From: Candidatus Bathyarchaeia archaeon
Lineage (GTDB): Archaea > Thermoproteota > Bathyarchaeia > Bathyarchaeales > Bathycorpusculaceae
Reading direction: 5' to 3'
DNA: 26,273 nt
NCBI GenBank assembly: GCA_049512935.1
Contig: JBEKWR010000027.1
Span: 1-26,273 of the forward strand
The translations under genes and the position numbers were made by a program. Under the pieces are notes generated by a model, which was given only the letters and a program-made list of their open reading frames with translations, did not search any database and was not told the origin of the DNA. Below are positions 10,715 through 17,671 of this stretch, piece by piece (positions within the stretch are counted from its first letter, which is position 1; each line of letters begins with the position of its first letter).

Positions 10715-10756
10715 ACGAAAAAGCCATTAAAGCCAATCAGAAGTTACTGGTGGTAA
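10715..10756 (+). CDS. Candidate Trp-terminated precursor peptide (M)KKPLKPIRSYWW with an ACG start
   Basis: ACG AAA AAG CCA TTA AAG CCA ATC AGA AGT TAC TGG TGG TAA. GGAGG lies 8 nt upstream, with a promoter before it and T-tracts after it. Adjacent to a ComQ-like enzyme. Confidence 0.65.
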   Translation, partial: TKKPLKPIRSYWW

Positions 10757-10766
10757 ATAAGAAACA

Positions 10767-10785
10767 TTTTCTTATCTTTTCTTTT
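10767..10785 (+). terminator. Archaeal oligo-T terminator after the peptide ORF
   Basis: TTTTCTTATCTTTTCTTTT starting 11 nt after the TAA. Confidence 0.5.
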
Positions 10786-10795
10786 ATATGTTTAG

Positions 10796-11788
10796 CTAGT
10801 TTGTTAAACCCTGTAAGGAAGACTCTAACAGGGTTACAAAATCGTGATTTTCATTAATCCATATTAAGTTTTGAATGGCGGTATTCACTGACAAACGCAT
10901 ATCGGCTGCGAGTTTTTGAACGGGCTTGGCGTTGGTAACTAAATCAAGTATTTCTTTTAGGTCGCCCTCGGTTGTTCTGGGCTTCTTGAGCAAACTCATC
11001 ACTTTTCTGGCTAATGTCTCGTCCTGGAAGGCGTACAAGATGGGAAGCGGTAAGCATTCATTCTTGAACCTATTGGTTAACTCTTCAAGCTCAAACATAT
11101 CAATAAACTCGTCTCTAACAGTCATCAAAACGCCCAACGTCTTCCCGAATTGCCTTAAACTTTCTATCTGTTCAACAGTGCCATTCCCAATTATGCCGCC
11201 CACCTGCGCTGACGCCGCCGCAATTGACACCTTCAATTCGATGAGCCCTAGATAATCTTCTGGTTTCAGATCCGAAATTCCCTTCAGGCAGGTCTCTTTT
11301 GCTTCGGCACTGCCAATATCAAAGAGCGCCTGCGTAATAAGCGTCTGAATCGCATGTTTTTTACCGCTTGGAAAAGCTTCGCACGCTTTGCTCAGCAAAT
11401 GCATGCCCTTAATCCAAAGCACGTCGCTGGCGATTATCGCGATTTCTTTTCCGAATTTTCCGAAAACTGTAGGTTTAGAATCTTTTGTTAACGAGATGTC
11501 AATTATGTCATCATGGATGTCTGCTGCTCCAGCAAGCAACGATAAAGACGCGCCAACCTCCACCGTTTCATTGGAATCTCCGCCTACAGCTTCACAAGCC
11601 ATTGAAAGAAGGGTAGGGTGGGAGGCGTCAAACCAAAACTCCATCATAAAATAACGTAATGCTTCTTGAAGCGTCTCAGACTTAAACTGCTCTTCCACAA
11701 CGGCTTGCCTGGCTAACTGCATCGCTTCTTTTGACCGTGCGATCAGGATGGCTTTTACTTGCTCCATTAATTTTTCGTCAGTTGACAT
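10796..11788 (-). CDS. Polyprenyl synthetase-family (class I isoprenoid fold) protein with degenerate motifs, ComQ-like
   Basis: FARM is intact (HDDIID). The second motif is RDEFID. GKRLRP is replaced by ASHP, RRG by KDS, and KT by KV. Confidence 0.88.
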   Translation of the reverse strand: MSTDEKLMEQVKAILIARSKEAMQLARQAVVEEQFKSETLQEALRYFMMEFWFDASHPTLLSMACEAVGGDSNETVEVGASLSLLAGAADIHDDIIDISLTKDSKPTVFGKFGKEIAIIASDVLWIKGMHLLSKACEAFPSGKKHAIQTLITQALFDIGSAEAKETCLKGISDLKPEDYLGLIELKVSIAAASAQVGGIIGNGTVEQIESLRQFGKTLGVLMTVRDEFIDMFELEELTNRFKNECLPLPILYAFQDETLARKVMSLLKKPRTTEGDLKEILDLVTNAKPVQKLAADMRLSVNTAIQNLIWINENHDFVTLLESSLQGLTN

Positions 11789-12062
11789 TTGGAATCACTA
11801 ACCGTTAGAATGTCTGTGTATTTGTCTTTTTAGGTAAACACCGTCAAGTGGACAGCTGCAAAAATCAGCAGTTGGATCCGAGTTTTCAATGTTTTACACT
11901 TGCTTTCAGTTCCTTTAACCTTTATAGTGGTTATAACTGCATAATTTATCAATTTCACCTAGAATTACTGCCCAAAATCAAAACAAGCAAGCGCAAAGTT
12001 TTGTTTTAGATGAACAACCAACAAAACAGGCTGAAAAAACCAACAGGCTTGTTTCTCGAATG

Positions 12063-12746
12063 CTACGGCGCTGCCGTCGGCGCAGTTTTCAGAATTAAGG
12101 CGTCATAAATCACTCTGGCAACTGCCAGCGACCCGTCACTGTCAGGGTGAACTCCGTCTGGGAAATACGCCGAGTGGCTCAACATGGGATTGTAGACGTC
12201 GATCAGCGACGCGCCCGTCTCGTTTGCCACCTGTGCAATGTCGGGGATTATGTTCTGCACGAAGTACTGCCCACTCAACCCCGCCGTGTTGTTGAAAATC
12301 GGCGGCGGTTCCGCAATCCAAACCTTCGGTTTGCTCGAAAGCCCTTGGAACGCCGAGACAAGCTGAACATAGTCGCTGATGAAAACCGCGTTTGACTCGT
12401 TAAGGGCTGGATTCGCGTCATTAGTTCCCAGCATGATAATCACGATCTGAGGGTTAAACCGTTTGGCGACATGATATGCAGGAGTGGTCATGTACGGGTT
12501 GTCTGACTTGAGGAAAACCGTTGCTCCGTTAATGCCGAAGTTTCCGACCACATAGTTAGACCCAAGCATAAGCCACAGGTCAACTGGGTAAGCGGTTCCG
12601 CAGGTCAAGCTGTCCCCAAGGCATGCTACCCGAATGGGACTGGTTTGGCTATGGTCAGCGCCTATTTGCAGTGTGTAGGTTTCAAAGCCTAACAAAGCGA
12701 TTAGAACGATGATTCCAAGCGCTAACAGCTTCATCTTGCGATTCAT
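12063..12746 (-). CDS. Membrane-anchored or secreted SGNH/GDSL hydrolase
   Basis: N-terminal basic plus hydrophobic segment, then GDSLT, FGING, LGTND and DGVHP blocks. ATG 12746 is the preferred start. Confidence 0.92.
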   Translation of the reverse strand: MNRKMKLLALGIIVLIALLGFETYTLQIGADHSQTSPIRVACLGDSLTCGTAYPVDLWLMLGSNYVVGNFGINGATVFLKSDNPYMTTPAYHVAKRFNPQIVIIMLGTNDANPALNESNAVFISDYVQLVSAFQGLSSKPKVWIAEPPPIFNNTAGLSGQYFVQNIIPDIAQVANETGASLIDVYNPMLSHSAYFPDGVHPDSDGSLAVARVIYDALILKTAPTAAP

Positions 12747-12975
12747 GCTTTTCCCCGAGATACTGCTACTCTTAGCGGATGCTAGAATAAAACATTTTAT
12801 TGCAAAGCGCACTATCAACGTGGTTTGAACCTTCGAGCAGAATTGGCTTTTCTGATTTTACTCGTTGAGGCGCCGCTTTTTTGAAACTGGAGCCATCATA
12901 AGCGAGATTTATATGTGGATGACTCGCATGTATAAGCAACAAGTCATGCTGCATTTAAGCGGTTAAGGGTAGGGC

Positions 12976-13896
12976 GTGTCAAGTATTTCAAAGAAAGAGC
13001 CGTCGTTAGCGTTCGGTGGACAAGCATTAATCGAGGGAATAATGATACGCTCCCGAAAACACGTGGTTTGCTGCGTAAGGAACCCTAAAAACGAAATCGT
13101 GTCTGACATAAAACAGATAACTCCCATTTCCGAAAAGTACAGGGTTTTAGGATGGCCATTTCTCAGAGGCACCGTGAACATGATTGAAAACCTCTGCCTT
13201 GGCTTTAAAGGCATAATGTTTTCTGCAGACACAGCCTTTGAAATTGAAGGCGAAGCGGGCAAAGAGCCAGAAAAAATAGAGTTTGGCGGGGCGGAGATCG
13301 CCATTCTGGTTGCCGCGCTTGTGGGTATCACCGCGGTTTTCTTTCTGGTTCCGTTCCTTTTGTCCACTTGGCTTGGATTAACTGGTTTGGTATTCAACTT
13401 GGTTGAGGCTGTCACGCGCCTCAGCATGTTTGTTGCCTACTTATCCGCTATCTCGCTGTGGGGACAGTACAAGCGGGTGCTGATGTACCATGGCGCGGAA
13501 CACAAAGCCATACATGCCCATGAAGCAGGCGTGCCCATGGATGTTGAACACGTAAAACGCTTTTCAAGGTTGCACCCCAGATGCGGCACAAGCTTCCTCT
13601 TCATAGTCGTGATAATCAGCATAGTCCTGTTCACGGTAATGCCTAACCTGGGCTTCACAATTGACCTCGCCTACCGCGTGCTCCTAATCCCAGTCATCGC
13701 AGGAATCTCCTACGAGCTGCTACGGTTAAGCGGCAAATACAAAAACTCACCCATCACAAGAGTCCTGGTTTCTCCAGGGTTGGCGTTTCAACACCTAACC
13801 ACGAAAGAACCGACCGACGACATGCTGGAAGTCTCAATCAAAGCAGTCACAGAAGTAAACAGGCTGGTCTGCTCAACCCTACAAGATAAAATGTGA
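12976..13896 (+). CDS. DUF1385 family membrane protein (predicted metal-dependent)
   Basis: GGQALIEG, YHGAEHK, HPRCGTSF and QHLTTKEP motifs. Confidence 0.92.
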   Translation: MSSISKKEPSLAFGGQALIEGIMIRSRKHVVCCVRNPKNEIVSDIKQITPISEKYRVLGWPFLRGTVNMIENLCLGFKGIMFSADTAFEIEGEAGKEPEKIEFGGAEIAILVAALVGITAVFFLVPFLLSTWLGLTGLVFNLVEAVTRLSMFVAYLSAISLWGQYKRVLMYHGAEHKAIHAHEAGVPMDVEHVKRFSRLHPRCGTSFLFIVVIISIVLFTVMPNLGFTIDLAYRVLLIPVIAGISYELLRLSGKYKNSPITRVLVSPGLAFQHLTTKEPTDDMLEVSIKAVTEVNRLVCSTLQDKM

Positions 13897-13916
13897 CGGG
13901 TCAATTTAGACATTGA

Positions 13917-14027
13917 TTTTTAAATTTACTCATTGAACGAAAAAAGATTTCCTGCTCGATGTTTGGTTCAAACCCCAAACTCTCTTCTTTCACCGAAGAA
14001 GACATGGCTAAGTTTGATGAGCTGTAG
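13917..14027 (+). pseudogene. Probable C-terminal fragment of an archaeal VapB-type antitoxin
   Basis: FLNLLIERKKISCSMFGSNPKLSSFTEEDMAKFDEL*, preceded by an in-frame stop. The SMFG..P....F.EED tail recalls archaeal antitoxins (family recalled, not searched). Confidence 0.45.
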
Positions 14028-14044
14028 TAAAGCTGTGAATAATC

Positions 14045-14087
14045 TGGTGCAGAAAGCGTGATTTGAACCCACGAACCTCTGCAGGAT
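14045..14087 (-). repeat. Degenerate direct-repeat copy of the tRNA-Leu 3' end (att-like)
   Basis: 35 of 43 positions identical, without gaps, to 14846-14888, including CCA and the T-arm. Confidence 0.85.
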
Positions 14088-14149
14088 GCGTTCAGTTTTC
14101 TTAGTTAGCAAAAGGGTAAAGCTCAAGAATTCTTTCGCCTAGGGACATT

Positions 14150-14557
14150 CTAGGTAGCTTCAAATATTATTTCCAGGTCTTGTTCAGCGAAGGTTATTTT
14201 GAAATGTGGAAATACGTCTGTTCTACCAAGCAGTCGTGGTACTTCGTCTGAGTCTGCGAATGCAGCTTTCACATCTAAAACTGTGCCGCCGATTTTCATT
14301 TTGATGGCATGAACGTAAGCAGGAATAAGGATTCTTCCAACCCCGATTATTGGGTGGTATTCACCTTGATTGAGGCTAAGCCCTAAAAATTCAGCGTCGC
14401 CTCTAGTGAAAAGCGATATATCTGCGCCGCTGTCAGCATAGACCTTAAAACCACGCCATTCTTTCTGTGTTGAGTAAAGAAAAATTGTTACTTTTGGCCT
14501 ATAAATTATCCTTGACCCAACAGATTCAGGTACATATCGGAAAACATACCGTGTCAA
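14150..14557 (-). CDS. Retropepsin-like aspartyl protease
   Basis: YRPKV, ADSGADIS catalytic motif and LLGRTDVF. TTG start overlaps the upstream stop (TTGA). Confidence 0.88.
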   Translation of the reverse strand: MTRYVFRYVPESVGSRIIYRPKVTIFLYSTQKEWRGFKVYADSGADISLFTRGDAEFLGLSLNQGEYHPIIGVGRILIPAYVHAIKMKIGGTVLDVKAAFADSDEVPRLLGRTDVFPHFKITFAEQDLEIIFEAT

Positions 14558-14766
14558 AGAATAAGTACGTCCGCTGCTTGAATGTAATCTATTACTATTT
14601 CTTCAGCTTTCGCTTCGGGGCATTTTCTTCGAGCCTTTCCAAACGCTTCGCCCGAGGTTTTTCCGTCCGCAATTATTTTGCCCTTGTATATCGCTACGTT
14701 TTTTCCATTATATTTTTTGTATTCCTCTGCTGTTATCTGAAGCGCTTCAAATGTTTTTTCAGGCAA
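14554..14766 (-). CDS. DUF5678-like small protein
   Basis: KYNGKNVAIYKGKIIADGKT..EA..KA..K.P pattern; translationally coupled to the aspartyl protease. Confidence 0.8.
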   Translation of the reverse strand: MPEKTFEALQITAEEYKKYNGKNVAIYKGKIIADGKTSGEAFGKARRKCPEAKAEEIVIDYIQAADVLIL

Positions 14767-14845
14767 TCCTTGACACCTGTTAGGTTAATGTAGATATCCA
14801 CGTATTAAATTTTCGCGATAAATAATTGTTATGTTGGCTTAGTTT

Positions 14846-14933
14846 TGGTGCAGGGGGTGGGATTCGAACCCACGAACCTCTAGAGGATAGGCTCCTGAAG
14901 CCTACGCCTTTGACCAGGCTCGGCGACCCCTGC
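14846..14933 (-). tRNA. tRNA-Leu(CAG), CCA encoded
   Basis: GCAGGGG...TAGGC-TT-CAG-GA-GCCTA, long variable arm CCTCTAGAGG, GTGGGTTCGAATCCCAC, CCCCTGC-A-CCA. Confidence 0.97.
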
Positions 14934-14959
14934 ACACTTTCTGCTGTGGATTTGCGGAG

Positions 14960-15033
14960 GGCCGGGGCAGGGATTTGAACCCTGGCAAAAGGCTCCACAG
15001 GCCTCTAGGCTACCAAGCTACCTCACCCCGGCC
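14960..15033 (-). tRNA. tRNA-His(GTG), G-1 genomically encoded, CCA not encoded
   Basis: G-GCCGGGG...GAGGC-CT-GTG-GA-GCCTT...CAGGGTTCAAATCCCTG-CCCCGGC-C73. Lies just upstream of tRNA-Leu and is likely co-transcribed. Confidence 0.95.
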
Positions 15034-15179
15034 GCGCTGGCTGAACCCAGCCGTTTTTCCTGCTTGGGTGAAACATCTACGTTTTCAGTGCCATATTAAC
15101 TTGTCTTTTTGGCGGCGGGGTTTAGGGGTCGAGCGCTGCATGTTTTGGGTGGGTGGTTCTTTGACGTGGGCGTTGCGGG

Positions 15180-15365
15180 CAGGTATAAATTGGTTGATAC
15201 CTGAAAAAATCGGCGAAATGCCTGTTTTCCCGCTAGACAAGCACGTTTCTTTGAGCTTGATTTTTGCTCTAAATCAAAAAAGCAACATAAAACCAACCCC
15301 AAACTGGGGCAGCCTACCGAGGAAGGCGGTCTAGTATTTACGTTGGAATCCCATCACAAATATGG
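15180..15365 (+). repeat. 186-bp inverted repeat, copy 1
   Basis: Reverse complement of 20181-20366. The first 109 bp are identical; the next 77 bp align without gaps with 20 mismatches (manual count). Confidence 0.95.
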
Positions 15366-15464
15366 CTCCTCATCAATCTTCCAAAGCCCCCCCGAATTCT
15401 TGAGTCGCTGAGCAACTATGTTTAATTCCATGTTTTTTCGTTACGTACCCTTGAGGCTGATTGG

Positions 15465-16091
15465 ATGGTTGATGCTTGGCGGGAACCGTACCACGTCGTC
15501 ATCGAAGTTGAAAACAGGCAGTGCAAGATGGTTAAGAGGCTTGCCGCGCTCGGGTTCGAGCATCTCAAAGTTGTTGACGTGCGCAGTTCAAGCAGCGGGT
15601 CAGTTCGGCACCTGATGGACGTCGGCGAAGAACAAGCGCATAAGGTCCCAAGGGAACTCGCCGCCAAAGGACACGCGAAAGGAAAATCCACGGTGTGGCT
15701 TGAAAGCGAAGGCTGCGAAGTCTGCAACACCATCCTGAGCCACGACGCCTTCCTGGTCAGCGGCAAGGGCATGCAGGGCAACATCATCACCTACAGCTTC
15801 ATGGTGCCAACGTTCGAAGCGTACAAGGGCATAATCAGCGACCTGGAGGGGGCAGGTCACAGCGTAAACGTCCTCAAACTAGGCAAGTTCGAGCGGCAGA
15901 CAGACGTTTTGACGGAGAATCAGGAGAAGATCTTTTGGCTGGCGCTGAAAAGCGGCTTCTTCGATTACCCAAGGCAGGTTGGCATGGCTGAGCTCGCCGC
16001 CAAGCTCGGCATAAGCCCGGCAACGCTTTCTGAGGTTATCCGCAGGGGAACAAGAAGGCTGCTGCAGCACTACTTCAAAAAAGAACTCTAA
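15465..16091 (+). CDS. HTH_10 (bacterio-opsin activator-type) transcriptional regulator
   Basis: C-terminal LTENQEKI..LA...GFFDYPR...ELA.KLGIS.ATLSE.IRRG motif. Confidence 0.9.
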   Translation: MVDAWREPYHVVIEVENRQCKMVKRLAALGFEHLKVVDVRSSSSGSVRHLMDVGEEQAHKVPRELAAKGHAKGKSTVWLESEGCEVCNTILSHDAFLVSGKGMQGNIITYSFMVPTFEAYKGIISDLEGAGHSVNVLKLGKFERQTDVLTENQEKIFWLALKSGFFDYPRQVGMAELAAKLGISPATLSEVIRRGTRRLLQHYFKKEL

Positions 16092-16143
16092 ACAAACCCA
16101 AACCCGCCCCCGAGAAACCTCACTCGCCCATAACTGACAATAC

Positions 16144-16293
16144 AGTCAACATGGAGTCAACATTGAAAGTCGCAACCCGCCCATCCGAAAGTCGCAACCC
16201 TCAAACGCCTTCAAACCCCAACCCAAAAAAGCAATCAGAAACGCAAACTGCCAAGGCGGAAAGTCGCAACTTTCCTGTAGCAAAAGTCGCAAC
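16144..16293 (+). repeat. Short direct-repeat cluster: 4x AAAGTCGCAAC plus 2x AGTCAACAT
   Basis: AAAGTCGCAAC at 16166, 16188, 16260 and 16283; AGTCAACAT at 16144 and 16155. Confidence 0.85.
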
Positions 16294-16504
16294 TTAAAAA
16301 ACTAGACAAAAACCAACATGGAAAACCCGAAAACCGCTAAAAACCAAAAAACCCCGTGAATCGATAAACCATAAATATTATTAGATAGGTTGCGCCTAAA
16401 TTACATCAAACTAATAGAAAATTAGAATCTCATCATTGCGAGAAAACGCTCGCTTTATGTGATTAACAAATAATCAAAAATAAATCATCAGGAAGTGCAT
16501 ATTT

Positions 16505-17671
16505 ACGGGAGCATCCCAAACATTCACGATTAAGTACGTTGTACTTGCAAGATTCGAAATAGAAGGCGTCGTAGAAAAACCCGACGTAATAGGCGCAGTT
16601 TTCGGACAAACAGAAGGACTTTTCGGACCCGAACTCGACCTAAGAGAACTACAAAAAACAGGACGCATAGGCAGAATAGAAATCGACCTACACTCAAAAA
16701 ACGACCACACCACAGGCTCAATAACCATCCCCACAAGCCTAGACCGCGTCTCAACAGCACTAATAGCCGCAAGCATAGAAAGCATCAACCGAGTCGGACC
16801 ATGCCAAGCCAAAGTCAGCCTCGAAAAAATCGAAGACATACGCGAAGCACGCCGAAAAATCATAATCGACCGAGCCAAAGAAATCCTCCATAAATGGAAC
16901 ATCGAATCCATGCCAAGCGTCGAAGACGTCTACAAAGAAATCAGCGACACCATGAAAGTCGGCAAAGTCGAAAAATACGGCCCAGAAGACCTACCAGCAG
17001 GACCAGGACTAGACGCAGCAAAAGAAATCATAGTCGTAGAAGGACGAGCAGACATAATTAACCTGATGCGCTGCGGAATCTTCAACACCGTCGCGTTGGA
17101 AGGCGCAAAGGTTCCAGAGTCAATAAAGAAGCTGACAAAAGAAAAAATAGCCACTGCACTTCTTGACGGAGACCGAGGAGGCGACCTAATACTGAAAGAG
17201 CTGCTTCAGGTCACAAGCATAAAATTCGTCGGGCGCGCCCCAAGAGGAAAAGAAATCGAAGAATGCAACTGCAAAGAAGTCAACGAAGCAATAGAAAACA
17301 AAGTTCCAATTTCAGAAGTTTCAGGCAAACCGCAACCGCCGCCTAAAAAGATTCCTGAACACGTCAAAGTTGAAGTGCCAGAACCAGTGGGTCAAGCAGC
17401 TAAAGCCTTGCTGGGCACGCTTGAAGCCGTTCTGCTGAACGAGAAGCTCGAGTTAGTTGAGCGCTTGCCAGTCAGCCAGTTAGCCGAGAAACTTCAGCAA
17501 GTAACAGGCGTTGACACCGTGGTCTTCGACGGCATCATAACGCAGAGAATTGTCGACATCGCAGGAGAGAAAAACATCAGGCGCATAGTTGCGTCCCGAA
17601 TCTCCGAAGCCGTGAAGCCAGCTTTGAACGTTGAACTGGTAACTTTCCAAGACGCCGTTCCCCAAGCCTAA
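16505..17671 (+). CDS. dnaG: Archaeal DnaG (TOPRIM, exosome-associated), full length with a probable ACG start
   Basis: The frame is open upstream of the ORF-track ATG at 16910 and encodes the conserved N-terminus KYVVLARFEIEGVVEKPDVIGAVFGQTEGL...LRELQKTGRIGRI. TOPRIM motifs VVEGRAD and DGDRGG are present. Confidence 0.93.
   Translation, partial: TGASQTFTIKYVVLARFEIEGVVEKPDVIGAVFGQTEGLFGPELDLRELQKTGRIGRIEIDLHSKNDHTTGSITIPTSLDRVSTALIAASIESINRVGPCQAKVSLEKIEDIREARRKIIIDRAKEILHKWNIESMPSVEDVYKEISDTMKVGKVEKYGPEDLPAGPGLDAAKEIIVVEGRADIINLMRCGIFNTVALEGAKVPESIKKLTKEKIATALLDGDRGGDLILKELLQVTSIKFVGRAPRGKEIEECNCKEVNEAIENKVPISEVSGKPQPPPKKIPEHVKVEVPEPVGQAAKALLGTLEAVLLNEKLELVERLPVSQLAEKLQQVTGVDTVVFDGIITQRIVDIAGEKNIRRIVASRISEAVKPALNVELVTFQDAVPQA

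Larger units (their letters stand above)
14045..14888. mobile_element. Mini-island or decayed integrated element at tRNA-Leu
   Basis: Two accessory genes enclosed by tRNA 3'-end direct repeats; no integrase inside. Confidence 0.6.

Noticed and set aside
10510-10857. 115-aa + strand ORF spanning the MFS/prenyltransferase gap
   Set aside because: It overlaps both neighbours on the antisense strand and has no SD or recognisable motifs. The promoter, SD and terminator signals fit the 13-codon ORF in a different frame.
11830-11952. 40-codon minus-strand ORF upstream of the prenyltransferase (MINYAVIT...)
   Set aside because: The AGGTGA-to-TTG spacing is only 2 nt, there is no Trp or motif, and the region looks like promoter DNA.
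14780-14998. 72-aa ORF across the tRNA genes
   Set aside because: A translation of tRNA-His and tRNA-Leu sequence.
16144-16293. Repeat cluster as a CRISPR array
   Set aside because: The repeats are only 11 bp, the spacing is irregular (22, 72, 23 bp) and there are no cas genes in the window.
16910-17671. ORF-track call of a short 253-aa DnaG
   Set aside because: The conserved N-terminal domain is in frame and uninterrupted for 135 codons upstream, so the gene is not truncated.
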